From NCBI GenBank assembly GCA_963721845.1, contig CAVRKW010000009.1, positions 232,458-296,457 on the forward strand: a DNA stretch of 64,000 bases, read 5' to 3'. A program made the position numbers and the translations under genes. Shown piece after piece: positions 48,587-58,610 of this stretch (its first letter is position 1; every line of letters starts with the position of its first letter). The DNA is from an uncultured Acidobacteriota bacterium (lineage in GTDB: Bacteria; Acidobacteriota; Terriglobia; Acidiferrales; UBA7541). The notes beneath the pieces were generated by a model that had not been told where the DNA came from, ran no database searches, and saw only the letters and a list, made by a program, of their open reading frames with translations.

Positions 48587-50326
48587 TTATTGCTTCAAAA
48601 TCGATTTCGCTGACTGCGTTTGCACCCATGTCGCGATATCCGCAATTACGTCAGCCTCCACGTGGCCCGGTATGTCGTATTCTTGCGGCGTAGATGGTCC
48701 CGAGCCTGCCAGGAAGAGATGATTTAGCGCTGGATAAGTTTTGAAGACCGCATTGGAATTTTCGCCGAGGCCCCGCTTCCAGTTGTTGAAATCCGTCATC
48801 GTCACTTGGTAGTCGCGCTCACCTTGCAGGATCAGCATCGGGATTTTTAACGTCGCTGCAACTTTTACGGAATCGTAGTTGCGCAAATCGAGAAAATATT
48901 CGGAAGGAATTTGCGCTCCCGCCAAACGCAGCATCACTCCTGGTTTCAAATTCGGATCTTCGATCGCTTTTTTATCCGCCTGGGCTTTTCCGATAGCTTC
49001 CTGAGCTTCGGGCGAGCTGCTCCTTCCGGCTTGCGCGTATTCATCGGCGATTTGTTCGATCACCATGTCTTCCAGCGGCCGCGTGCTTCCGGCGAGAAGA
49101 ATAAGTCCGGCAATTTGCGAATCGGCGGCGGCAATGCGAGGAGCGAGATATCCACCGAGGCTGTGCCCGGCGAGATAAATATGTTTGGCGTCGATGTGCG
49201 GTGTGCTAGCGAGAAGTGCGACCCCGGCGATGGCATCGTCGATCGTTTCTTCTTTTACGGTGATTGGAATTTTTCCCGTGACCATTTCTTTTCCGTAGCG
49301 ATGCGTTCGCTTCTCGTATCGCAACACCGCGATGCCGCGCGATGCGAGTCCCCACGCGATGTCTTTAAAAACTTTGTTCGGGCCGTACCCTTCGTCCTGA
49401 TTTTCGGGGCCCGAACCATGAACCAACACGACGGCCGCAAACGGGCCAGCGCCTTTCGGCAATGTGAGCGTGCCGGGAAGCGCCCAGGGCGCTGTGCCGA
49501 GTGTGATCTGCTGCTCGGTGAAGGAATCGGGTTTCGCGTAATCGGGGGGTTTCCACGAATCGTTCGCTTCCGATGTTGGCGGCACGATATGGAATCCGAC
49601 AATCAGGTGCTGCGCGTCAAAATTGAACAGCGCATCCATTGTGGTTGCGGAAAATTTACAAGTCGCATTCACAACGCTGCTGTCCAAGGGATTTGTTTTC
49701 AGCGCGATTACGGATTGCAGTTCGCCGAAACTAGCCACGACTTGATTCCACGTCTCGGTCAACTTGGGAGTGGGCATTAATGCCGAGACCTGAGGCGAAA
49801 AACGCTTTTGCGCGGAATCGAAATTGTGGGCGGTGAGATCCATCAGAAACGCGCGCGCCGCTTGCTCGTTTTCTGATGCTGCCGGGACCTGTGTTGTAGT
49901 TTCTGCCGGCGCTGCGGCGATGAAAAAACCGGCGACACGATGTTGCGCGTCTATCGCAACACTCAAGATGCTGCGCGCGGTGGCGAAGCGGCATGTGAGA
50001 CGGTAAAGCTCAACGCCTTGAACAGATTGATGTGACACCGACTCGACCGATTGGAAGGCTCCATTTTGAGCGATGATTGAGTCCCAAATTTGCGTGAGGT
50101 TGTCGAGCGGGGCTGCTGCGGCCATACGTTCATCGAAGCGCTTTTCGACTGCGCTGAAATTACGCGCGACGAGATCAGATATTGTGGCGCGCGCGATCGC
50201 CTCGTCAGACTGTGTAGCCGCGGCGGATTGCGGCAGCGGCGCGGCCTGCGCGGATTCGAGTGCGAGCCAGATCGTCAAGCACAACGCGGCAAACACCGCT
50301 GCCCACACAAAAAATTTGCCAGACAT
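48587..50326 (-). CDS. exported alpha/beta hydrolase with three N-terminal DUF3887-like repeats
   Basis: Signal peptide. Three ~110-aa repeats (...DLVARNFSAVEKRFDERMAAA...). Nucleophile elbow GHSLGG. A dienelactone hydrolase/S9-like C-terminus. Confidence 0.8.
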   Translation of the reverse strand: MSGKFFVWAAVFAALCLTIWLALESAQAAPLPQSAAATQSDEAIARATISDLVARNFSAVEKRFDERMAAAAPLDNLTQIWDSIIAQNGAFQSVESVSHQSVQGVELYRLTCRFATARSILSVAIDAQHRVAGFFIAAAPAETTTQVPAASENEQAARAFLMDLTAHNFDSAQKRFSPQVSALMPTPKLTETWNQVVASFGELQSVIALKTNPLDSSVVNATCKFSATTMDALFNFDAQHLIVGFHIVPPTSEANDSWKPPDYAKPDSFTEQQITLGTAPWALPGTLTLPKGAGPFAAVVLVHGSGPENQDEGYGPNKVFKDIAWGLASRGIAVLRYEKRTHRYGKEMVTGKIPITVKEETIDDAIAGVALLASTPHIDAKHIYLAGHSLGGYLAPRIAAADSQIAGLILLAGSTRPLEDMVIEQIADEYAQAGRSSSPEAQEAIGKAQADKKAIEDPNLKPGVMLRLAGAQIPSEYFLDLRNYDSVKVAATLKIPMLILQGERDYQVTMTDFNNWKRGLGENSNAVFKTYPALNHLFLAGSGPSTPQEYDIPGHVEADVIADIATWVQTQSAKSILKQ

Positions 50327-50339
50327 GCAAACCTCCCGA

Positions 50340-51461
50340 TCATTTGTGGCTCGGCAACACCAACGCGCTCAGTAAAGGAATTGCAATCAACACAGCTAAG
50401 ACTATCCACGCGATCTTGTGGCCGAAGTTCAGCGTGTAACCAAGGCCAAAACGCTTCTCGACGAACAGCGCTGGATCGTCGCGATTGAAATAAAGCATTC
50501 CGCCGATCCAGCGCGAATCGGGCGTGGCATCGCCGATCACTCGATCGAGAGTTTCGCGCGAAGCCGCGTCCGGCGATGCTTCTTCCTTCGGGGTGCGAGC
50601 TGCGCGCATAAGCATAAGAATGATGAACGCGACGAACAGCAACGACCCGAATAACGTCCATGCGACACCGCCCGCGGGCAGGTCGAAAGGCTGCCGTGAG
50701 AATGACTGCCGCAGCGGCAGAAGCGCGGTGCCAGCAAAAACAAACGCGAGCAAATACTCGACGCACACCAGGATGATGGCGTTGTAGCGGCGAATGCGCG
50801 AATCGCGCGTTCCGCCGGGACCAGTGAGTTCCACTCTCCGAGTTCGCTTTACAACGGCGAGGGCTATTAACGCAAGCATCGCGCACATCACCGCGCCGAA
50901 GATCAAAGTTCCGTACACGCCAGAGAAAGTGCGATCGCTAAATCCGTTGGCGCGTCCGGCAGCGTCCCAGTGAATCGGGAAGCGTTCTGGAATCGAATCC
51001 CAGTGCTGGCGCAGAATCATTGCGACGATGAACAGCAAAGAAAACGGACCGAGTTGCGCGAACCAACCGCCGGGCATGTGCTCCGGACGCGGCACGACTT
51101 CGGCGGCGCGCACGCCGGAAGGTTTAACGCGGAACGGCATCGTGGATTTGCGGCCGTGCAGGAACGCGAAATAGTTCCCGATGGTGAGCCAAAATACGCC
51201 GATGGGAGCAAGCCAGAAGATCCGCATCCATATCGAAAGCGCGGTCAATGCAATCGCTATCACCGCATTTAGAATTACGATGACGCGGAATGAATGCACG
51301 ATGTGGCGCGCGCCCGGGGTTGCAGGGAATTCGGGATCGACTGTGACAGCAAAAAAAACGGAGCGGCGCGAAAGATTCGGCAGCGCGGAGAAAAAAATGG
51401 AAATCAGTGCGACAATCGCGATGATGAAACCGCTGAGAATCTCGCTGACGTTCATATCCAT
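50340..51461 (-). CDS. DUF1648/SdpI-like integral membrane protein
   Basis: Multi-TM protein downstream of a GntR gene and ABC genes. Family assignment is by resemblance. Confidence 0.65.
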   Translation of the reverse strand: MDMNVSEILSGFIIAIVALISIFFSALPNLSRRSVFFAVTVDPEFPATPGARHIVHSFRVIVILNAVIAIALTALSIWMRIFWLAPIGVFWLTIGNYFAFLHGRKSTMPFRVKPSGVRAAEVVPRPEHMPGGWFAQLGPFSLLFIVAMILRQHWDSIPERFPIHWDAAGRANGFSDRTFSGVYGTLIFGAVMCAMLALIALAVVKRTRRVELTGPGGTRDSRIRRYNAIILVCVEYLLAFVFAGTALLPLRQSFSRQPFDLPAGGVAWTLFGSLLFVAFIILMLMRAARTPKEEASPDAASRETLDRVIGDATPDSRWIGGMLYFNRDDPALFVEKRFGLGYTLNFGHKIAWIVLAVLIAIPLLSALVLPSHK

Positions 51462-51470
51462 CGCGCTTCC

Positions 51471-51920
51471 TTATCCTTCCGCCGGTTGATGCACGGGATT
51501 GCGCCGCTTGGCGATGCTTCGTTTCACGGCAGCGTGCACGCTGCGCGCAGCCCGCGCGGTGGCATTTTTCACAGCTCTTGGCGGCACGCCTTTTGCGAGA
51601 GCCTCGGCGACAAGTTCTTCGAGACGCTTCGAAAAACTTGCAGTGGCTCGCGGATCGGGTCCGGGCGTGGAGCGCGATTTCACGCTGGCTCCGCGATGGC
51701 GGCGAAGGTCGAGCCAGCCTTCATCAGAAAGATGACGATATGCCTCCGCGACGGTGTTGTGATGAACGCAGAGATCGATCGCCAGCTGGCGCACGGTGGG
51801 GAGACGATCGCCAGGGCGGAAACTGCCGGCGACAAGAAGAGCGCGGATCCCGGAAAGGATTTGCTGATAAGCGGGCACCGGGGAATCGTGATCGATGCGA
51901 ATTGTGGGTACGGGCGACAT
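51471..51920 (-). CDS. GntR-family transcriptional regulator (YhcF-like, short)
   Basis: PAYQQILSGIRALLVAGSFRPGDRLPTVRQLAIDLCVHHNTVAEAYRHLSDEGWL winged-helix domain. Confidence 0.85.
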   Translation of the reverse strand: MSPVPTIRIDHDSPVPAYQQILSGIRALLVAGSFRPGDRLPTVRQLAIDLCVHHNTVAEAYRHLSDEGWLDLRRHRGASVKSRSTPGPDPRATASFSKRLEELVAEALAKGVPPRAVKNATARAARSVHAAVKRSIAKRRNPVHQPAEG

Positions 51921-51986
51921 TGTCTGTATACAATGTACAATCTAGTCTCGAAATTCCGCAAATGTCAAATCCAGCTCATTCAAAGG

Positions 51987-53588
51987 TTAGCCGTGGCCAA
52001 GCTGGCGGGCGCGGCGGAAAAATGCCGAGACCACCAGAACGGCGCTGATTGCGAGATAAATGACCGAATAGCGCAAAGTGAAAGCGCCATCCGTGCTGCC
52101 GGTGAAATCCATACCGGGGGCGTGATTGAGCGGGCCGAGGTACCACAGCGTGGTATAGCAGCCCTCGAAAAATTTGCTGGTGCCGCTCCAGACTCCCAAT
52201 GCCAATGCGAGCGACGCGATAAAAATTACGCCAGCTCCCCACGCGAATAACCCGTCGCGCTGGCCTGCGAGCGCTAAGCGGATGCCGGCACCGAGACCTG
52301 TGATTGCAGCGACGAGCGCGGCAGCAATCCACGCGGCGGGTAGCTGTCGCGAGAGAATTTGCGGGCACGAAAAAACCAATTGGCTTGTGCCGAATCGCGA
52401 TTCGCGCGTGCCAAGGGCTGACCAGATCAGCGCGGGCCAAATCCATGCGACGGCGAGAAGCGGTCCGCGAGAAGCTGTGAGCGGCGTGGTGAACTGTGCG
52501 ATCAAAAGTGCCGCAGCGGCCGCATACCACCACCAGCCAAAGCCTTTGAGTGCGAGGCGCAGTTCGGCGGTGACTAATCGCAGGAAACTTCCATGGCGGG
52601 CGCCCAAGGCGATCGGGGTGAGATGAGTTGGCGTCGCCGTGCGCGGCAGCGTTCGCTCCGTTTGCAAAAGTTCCTGAGCTGTAGCCTCGCTTGCCAATTT
52701 TTTCCGTTTTGATTTTCTGCCAAAAAATCCTCGCGATTTCGCTGGATCGAATCGATCGAAGAAGAGCGCGCCCAACAACGTGATCGCGATTGCGGCTGCG
52801 ATCCACAACAACCGCATGAGCAGCAGCGACGCCGTCCAGTCCACGCCGTTCCAGTGGAAGCCGTACGCGATCTTGGTGGACGTGTTCGCGATGGTAAGTT
52901 CGAAAGAATCCTTGTACCCAGGGATTCCCGCGCGAGCAGCGGTCATCATGCTTTGCGTCACGGCCCAAAAGCCGAGGGGATCGATTTCCCGGTGATGGAT
53001 CGCCTCCGGAAGTGAAAGTCCAAATGCCCATATGAAAAACCAGAGGACGTTTCCGAAACCACCGCGCAGATACCGGACCGTCTCAAACAGCAATGCCACG
53101 GCGGCTGTGAGCGCCATCGTTGGGAGCGCGACGAAAACAAACGGAGAGAATAGGGACCAGAGATGAAAGCTGCGATCTTCCGCAGCGAAAAATTGCATCG
53201 CAAACGCCGCGACAGCGAGTACGAGCACCATCGAAGCAAGCACCGCAAAATTGCTGAGAAATTTTCCCAGGAGATACGAGAACTTGCTCAGCGGAGTCGC
53301 AGCAAGAATATCGCCAACGCGCGTTTGCCGGTCACGATCGATGGCATTTTTTACGACATAGAAGCCGACGAGAGAAACGAAGAGCGTGGTGACTAACGCC
53401 ATCATGCTTCCGATCCACGCGGAGGTGTAGAGACCGCGATAATCGCCGAGCTTGATCAGGATTCGCCCGGTAGCCGCGGCATAGCCGAGATAGACGGCGA
53501 AGAGCAACGTGACGAGATAACTGTAGCGACGCACGCGTTCTAAAAAATCAGCGCGCGCAATCGCGATGATGGCATCGAGCGTTTTCAC
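51987..53588 (-). CDS. ABC-2-type transporter membrane protein
   Basis: 533 aa and polytopic. Overlaps the upstream ATPase gene by 4 nt. Confidence 0.7.
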   Translation of the reverse strand: MKTLDAIIAIARADFLERVRRYSYLVTLLFAVYLGYAAATGRILIKLGDYRGLYTSAWIGSMMALVTTLFVSLVGFYVVKNAIDRDRQTRVGDILAATPLSKFSYLLGKFLSNFAVLASMVLVLAVAAFAMQFFAAEDRSFHLWSLFSPFVFVALPTMALTAAVALLFETVRYLRGGFGNVLWFFIWAFGLSLPEAIHHREIDPLGFWAVTQSMMTAARAGIPGYKDSFELTIANTSTKIAYGFHWNGVDWTASLLLMRLLWIAAAIAITLLGALFFDRFDPAKSRGFFGRKSKRKKLASEATAQELLQTERTLPRTATPTHLTPIALGARHGSFLRLVTAELRLALKGFGWWWYAAAAALLIAQFTTPLTASRGPLLAVAWIWPALIWSALGTRESRFGTSQLVFSCPQILSRQLPAAWIAAALVAAITGLGAGIRLALAGQRDGLFAWGAGVIFIASLALALGVWSGTSKFFEGCYTTLWYLGPLNHAPGMDFTGSTDGAFTLRYSVIYLAISAVLVVSAFFRRARQLGHG

Positions 53589-54481
53589 GCGGTGGCGCCC
53601 TCGGGCTTCGCGCCGCGATGAGTGGCCAACGCCGCGAGATAGGCGTCTTCGAGCGAGGGATCCAGCGATCGCGCTCCCGGCGCGGGAGCAGAATCCGCAA
53701 CGACGCGCGCATGAATTCCGTCAGCGCGATGCGCGGTGTTGCTAACGAGATGGCGCTGGCGCAGCGCGGGAAGCTCTCCGCTCGCGACCACTACTTCCCA
53801 CACTTTTCCATCTACGCCGGCAAGCAAATTTTCGGGAGAGCCGTAGGCGACGAGCTGTCCGCTGGCAATCAGTGCGATGCCGCTGGCGACGGCTTCCACG
53901 TCAGAAACAATGTGCGTTGAGAGAATCACGATGCGCTCGCCGGAAAGCTCGGAGAGCAAATTGCGAAATCGCACGCGCTCCTCGGGATCGAGGCCGGCGG
54001 TGGGCTCGTCAACGATCAACAGCTGCGGATCGTTGAGAAGAGCTTGCGCGATACCGACGCGCTGGCGCATGCCGCCGGAGAAACCACCGAGCGGGCGTTT
54101 TGCCACTTCGGAAAGATTTACGAGCTCAAGCAATTCCGCGATGCGTTTGCGCGCGGCGGTGCCGTCGATTCCTTTTACCGCGGCGAGATATTCCAGAAAT
54201 TCCGATGGGCTTAGATTTGGATAGACGCCGAAATCCTGCGGCAAATATCCCAGCACGGAGCGCAGAGAATCCGGTTCACGAGCAATGTCAGCGCCATTCC
54301 ACAGAATGCGTCCCGCCGACGGCTGCGTGATCGTGGCGAGGATGCGCATGAGCGTGGATTTGCCTGCGCCGTTTGGGCCGAGGAGTCCGAGAATTCCCGG
54401 ACCGAGTTGCAATTGGAAATCGCGCAGGGCGCGCACGTTTCCCCGATACGTTTTGCTTACGTTTTCAATTTGCAGTTGCAT
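53585..54481 (-). CDS. ABC transporter ATP-binding protein
   Basis: Walker A GPNGAGKST, signature FSGGMRQR, Walker B LLIVDEPT. Confidence 0.93.
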   Translation of the reverse strand: MQLQIENVSKTYRGNVRALRDFQLQLGPGILGLLGPNGAGKSTLMRILATITQPSAGRILWNGADIAREPDSLRSVLGYLPQDFGVYPNLSPSEFLEYLAAVKGIDGTAARKRIAELLELVNLSEVAKRPLGGFSGGMRQRVGIAQALLNDPQLLIVDEPTAGLDPEERVRFRNLLSELSGERIVILSTHIVSDVEAVASGIALIASGQLVAYGSPENLLAGVDGKVWEVVVASGELPALRQRHLVSNTAHRADGIHARVVADSAPAPGARSLDPSLEDAYLAALATHRGAKPEGATA

Positions 54482-54552
54482 GAGATTGGGAAATCATTTT
54501 CGTTCGTTGTCGCGCGTGTACCGGATTACGTGTCTCTCTCCGAAAAAGTTTC

Positions 54553-55797
54553 CTACATCGCGTCAACCATATTTTGAACGGCCGCGAGAAAACCCACGCG
54601 TCCCTCAAGGTACGGCTGCCAATACGATTGCAGCGCCGAAAAATAATTCGACCAGCCGCGCGCGAATAACGCGTATTGCTGATCGTAGGGCCGATAAAAC
54701 GAATCAGGGACAGGAACTTTGTCGCCGATAGATCCGCCCACTTCGCGCTGCACGATACTCTCCGTGGTGTAAAGCAGCGCAGCATGCCACAAATCGCGCG
54801 GGATCGGTTTTCCGGCATCGCGGCAGCGCACTGCGATGGCGCGTTCCAAAGAGTTTGCGACGCCATGCGACGCTTCGTAAAAAAGAACTTCGAAAGCAGC
54901 GAGACCACCGCCACCAAGATTGCGCGGATCGCGGCTCGAAATCGTAAGGTGCAACGGATCGGGAGTGGTATAGGCGCCAAGCGGGCCGCCGTAACCGACT
55001 ACATCCACCGCAAGGCGGCCGCGCGGCCAAGGAGTTTGATAAGCGAGCGCAAGTTGTTGCGCGACGCGCACTCCCCATTTTTCCACGAGATTGCTGACCT
55101 GATCGATCCACACGCGATTGGCATGATCGTCGGCGGGCCACCAATGCTCGCGATAAACGGGCGCGGCAAGAGTGAGCGCGACAATCATTTCTTTGCGCAA
55201 GCCGGACGCGCATTGCGGATCGCGCGTGCCGGTAATTTCAGTGCACGCGCCGAGCGAGGCAAGCACATCATTGATGGCGACCATGTCGAAATTTTGCAGG
55301 AGATCTTTTCCCGCGAGAGTTTGCTGGTAGTAATCGAGAGCCGTATCCCAATCGCGCTGCTCGGCGGGCGTGAGCGAATCGTGCGCGATGACGAAGACTC
55401 CGCGCGATGGATTTGTCGCGCTTCCCATCACTACCCGGCTTGGATCTTTGCGGAGCAGCGCCTGCTCGTAGAGGAAGTGATGAAGATTGATCCAGAAGCC
55501 GCTGCGAAATTCGAAAGTGGGCAGCGAGCCGGGAAGCGGAGTCTGCTGCGTGGGCGGCACTGGATTCATGCTGCCCGGATTGATGTGAGGGTTGATGACC
55601 GGCGTCTCCTGTTGATCGGGCGTGGGAGCCTCGCGGCGGCGCTGTTCCTGTTCCTTGGTTGGCGGCGGAGGGAGCGGGGGCAACTGCTGTTGCTGCTGTT
55701 GCTGGATTTGCCCGGCAAAATCCGGTGCGGCTAGCGCGGCCAAGCACACGGCGGCTATCAAGATTCGTATTGCGCGGCTGTGGAGGCGGAATCGCAT
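54553..55797 (-). CDS. hypothetical exported protein with Gln/Pro-rich N-region
   Basis: Signal peptide, then QQQQQQQLPPLPPPP. No family recognised. Confidence 0.6.
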   Translation of the reverse strand: MRFRLHSRAIRILIAAVCLAALAAPDFAGQIQQQQQQQLPPLPPPPTKEQEQRRREAPTPDQQETPVINPHINPGSMNPVPPTQQTPLPGSLPTFEFRSGFWINLHHFLYEQALLRKDPSRVVMGSATNPSRGVFVIAHDSLTPAEQRDWDTALDYYQQTLAGKDLLQNFDMVAINDVLASLGACTEITGTRDPQCASGLRKEMIVALTLAAPVYREHWWPADDHANRVWIDQVSNLVEKWGVRVAQQLALAYQTPWPRGRLAVDVVGYGGPLGAYTTPDPLHLTISSRDPRNLGGGGLAAFEVLFYEASHGVANSLERAIAVRCRDAGKPIPRDLWHAALLYTTESIVQREVGGSIGDKVPVPDSFYRPYDQQYALFARGWSNYFSALQSYWQPYLEGRVGFLAAVQNMVDAM

Positions 55798-56040
55798 GTC
55801 TGGGCGATCAGCGTGGGCTGCGGGACCTCTGAGCGGCCCATCCCTTTGTGAGGCCAGATTCTACACTGGCGGGAGGCAGCTTGGCCGGGGCAGCAGCATG
55901 GTAAGCGGCTCTCCCCAAGGCGATTTCGTGCTCGTGAGGCGCGTGCTGATAGTACTTTTCAAAACGCAGGTTTGCGCGCGTGAAACAGCAACCTATTGAT
56001 TCTGAGCGGTTTAGGTGGCGCGATGATGCAATTTTATTTT

Positions 56041-56160
56041 CGCATGGTTTCTGGATGGTGATGATTCTACAGGCTTTAGATAGTACTATGATATGTAAGT
56101 TATTCTGATGATTGAAGTTACCCTGAAATATGGGCTGAAGTGGGTTGGTAGTACTAGAAC
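56041..56160 (-). repeat. dispersed AT-rich element, copy C (5' of the - strand CDS ending at 55797)
   Basis: The reverse complement reads aatcatcagaataacttacatatcatagtactatctaaagcctgtagaatcatcaccatccagaaacca. It aligns with the copy A/B core but is more divergent. Confidence 0.65.
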
Positions 56161-56453
56161 TGGGGTGGGGCGAGGCGCCATTTAGGGTACGCGTGGTTGC
56201 GTAGCGGTGAGAGACCAAGACGCACGGCGGCTCACCACAGAGGCACGGAGAATTTGGTTCGGGTTGGGGGATTGTCGCGTTCATAGTGGGAGAATTGGAG
56301 AGCAGCTCATGCCGATCGCAGGCCGCGACTTAATACAAACTGATGCGTTATCTTAGAATAATAGATAACATACGTCAAGCGGGGTTGGCGAAATTCCGTG
56401 GAAGACTCCATATTTGGTTGACAGCGGCGCCGAACGTAATAAAATACAAATAT

Positions 56454-56744
56454 ATGAAAATACAGCGCAAGCAGTACCGGACCGCAGAGGCGGTGAAAAT
56501 CGGAGTGAGCCGCCAGGTGGTAATTCCCAAGCGGATTCATGACCAGTTGGGACTCGTGCCAGGCGATTACCTTCAGGTCGAGTTGGAGGGTGATCGCGTG
56601 ATTCTCACGCCGAAGGCATTGATTGAAAAACGGATCGCAGAAGGCTTGGAAGATATTCGGAACGGACGCGTGAGTGGCCCGTTCAAGTCAATGTCCGCGA
56701 TGGTGAGATCGCTCGGAAGGTCCGCCAGCAAGACCAAAAACTAA
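56454..56744 (+). CDS. AbrB/MazE/SpoVT-family antitoxin
   Basis: AVKIGVSRQVVIPKRIHDQLGLVPGDYLQVELEGDRVILTP swapped-hairpin motif. TTGACA - 16 nt - TAAAAT lies just upstream. The stop abuts the toxin ATG. Confidence 0.8.
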   Translation: MKIQRKQYRTAEAVKIGVSRQVVIPKRIHDQLGLVPGDYLQVELEGDRVILTPKALIEKRIAEGLEDIRNGRVSGPFKSMSAMVRSLGRSASKTKN

Positions 56745-56990
56745 ATGCAATTTTTCTACACCGACCGATTTCTGCGCAGCTATGCCGATGCGCCACGGAA
56801 TGTTCAGAGGCAGTGCGATAAGCAACTTCTATTGTTGGCACGCGATATTCGGCATCCCTCGGTGAGAGCAAAGAAATACGACGAGAGACGGGGCGTCTGG
56901 CAGGGCCGGGTGAATCTTAGTTGTCGGTTCTATTTTCTAATCGAGGCGGATGGCTACCGTTTCATCGACATCATGGCACACCCGAAATAG
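56745..56990 (+). CDS. RelE/ParE-superfamily toxin
   Basis: 81 aa: F..SY....NVQ......LLLLARDIRHPSVRAKKY...GVWQGRVN.SCRFYFLIE.D.YRFIDIMAHPK. Adjoins the antitoxin gene. Confidence 0.7.
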   Translation: MQFFYTDRFLRSYADAPRNVQRQCDKQLLLLARDIRHPSVRAKKYDERRGVWQGRVNLSCRFYFLIEADGYRFIDIMAHPK

Positions 56991-57027
56991 GGCGCGTCGT
57001 GGCTAGCGTTTGAGACGGCTGCCCGTT

Positions 57028-58044
57028 TCACTGGAGCGATCCAGGTTGGGATGAATCAATAATGGGATCGACGATCGTGGCCGGTGCGCCTTGCTTATCG
57101 GCCCCGCGGAGCTTGCCTGTGGAATCCAGGAAGAAGGAGCGGACTCCGGTTTTGCCGTACTGCTGGGGAGTGGCTGCTAGTTCGAAGACTGGCGGCTTCT
57201 CCTCGTTCGAAGAGGGCACGATGCGATAGCGAATCGCGTAGCCGGGAACCTGGCTATTTGCGAGAGGGGCTTCGAGAAGTCCCGCATGTTCGGGACTGAT
57301 GCCTTCTTTTCCGGCGGCTCCTAATTCCTGAAGTGATTCCGGCAATTTCTGGAAAGCTTGTTGATACGTATCGAGGGCTTGCGCGATGGTGCGCAGCGCG
57401 TCGACGGCGTTTTGTTCGCGCGCTTCCATTTCCTGCTGTTCCCACTGCGCGGTGAGTTGCGGTACATCCAAAACCAAAAGGCCCACAGAAAAAAGTTTCC
57501 AGCCGCTGGAAGTGCGCAACATTCCGAAATCAACCGAGCGCAATTTGTTGAGCTCGATGTTGATGAACGCAAAGTTTTCGTCGATGCGCGTGGCGCCGAA
57601 ACGGATTTCGGCGACGATGCTGGGAGTGTCGCAACGAAGGACGGTGCGGCCGTTCGCGTCAGTGGAAAGGAGCGGCTGGCCGGAATCTTCCAGCTGAACC
57701 ATGCGGCGAAGAAGCGCGATTTGTTGGGGAGGAGTGAGCGCGCGAAATGCTCCGGCGTTGGAGGGAGTGAGGTAGCTGGTGAATTCGGTTACGTCGTGGC
57801 GGCAGGAAGCGGTTAGCGCGGCGGCTAAGGCGGCTACGGGGTCGGTTTGGTCTGGAGTCGGTGTGGCGATTGGTGGTTGCTGCGGAGATTGCTGTGTAGC
57901 TTGAGCAAATCCTGTCATGGCGAAAAGCGATGCACTCACCACAGAGACACAGAGGACACGGAGAACTAGTAGTAGGCCGAGAATCTTCAGTGGAAATTGT
58001 AGATCGCAATTCTGTGTTCGACGCGCTTTCTCTTGCACTTGCAC
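57028..58044 (-). CDS. hypothetical exported protein (C-terminal part resembles pilin-like folds)
   Basis: Putative signal peptide ...SASLFAMTGFAQA. The start is uncertain because the N-terminal coding region coincides with a dispersed 30-nt repeat (57935-57966). Confidence 0.55.
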   Translation of the reverse strand: MQVQEKARRTQNCDLQFPLKILGLLLVLRVLCVSVVSASLFAMTGFAQATQQSPQQPPIATPTPDQTDPVAALAAALTASCRHDVTEFTSYLTPSNAGAFRALTPPQQIALLRRMVQLEDSGQPLLSTDANGRTVLRCDTPSIVAEIRFGATRIDENFAFINIELNKLRSVDFGMLRTSSGWKLFSVGLLVLDVPQLTAQWEQQEMEAREQNAVDALRTIAQALDTYQQAFQKLPESLQELGAAGKEGISPEHAGLLEAPLANSQVPGYAIRYRIVPSSNEEKPPVFELAATPQQYGKTGVRSFFLDSTGKLRGADKQGAPATIVDPIIDSSQPGSLQ

Positions 58045-58045
58045 C

Positions 58046-58504
58046 TCAGCTGGCCTGCGTGGGTTGGGATTTCGCGCGGCTCAGAATTTCCGCGAGATTT
58101 TGGCTGAATTTTGAGCGAGGCATAATTTCGGCGCCGCCTGCGGCGCGGGCGCGTTCTGCGAGATCGAGCTGCACGTGGGAAAGGAAGGCGACGACAGGAG
58201 TTTGGTTGCCTGCGGCGCGGAGGCGCTCGAGCGTCTCGATTCCTTTTTGCGATGCGGCGGCGGTTTGCGGACCGGCGCCAGCGGGCGCGATGCCGCCGAA
58301 AGATGGAGTGGAGCCGGCGTTGAGATCAATGAGGATCAGTGCCGGGCGATCAGCGGGAGCACTTGCTTGGGCAGCGGCGAGCAGTGCGTCGGGAGATGCG
58401 GCGACTTCGAATTCCACTCCTACGTGGCGCGCGGCTTCGGCGATGCGCGCGCGGAAAAACAGGTCGTCGATCAGCGCGAGAACTTTAGGCATGTGAGCAG
58501 GCAT
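58046..58504 (-). CDS. single-domain response-regulator-like (CheY receiver) protein
   Basis: VLALIDDLFF...ALILIDLN...VVAFLSH pattern with an inserted Gly/Ala/Pro loop. Start at 58504 or 58492. Confidence 0.6.
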   Translation of the reverse strand: MPAHMPKVLALIDDLFFRARIAEAARHVGVEFEVAASPDALLAAAQASAPADRPALILIDLNAGSTPSFGGIAPAGAGPQTAAASQKGIETLERLRAAGNQTPVVAFLSHVQLDLAERARAAGGAEIMPRSKFSQNLAEILSRAKSQPTQAS

Positions 58505-58610
58505 GGAAACAATTTACGCCGCGGAAGCGTCGAACAAAAGCCCGCTTACAGCGTACAGCGCGATTTGCGGAAATGCGGTATAAGAATTGTGGAGACTCGG
58601 AGGAGACTGA

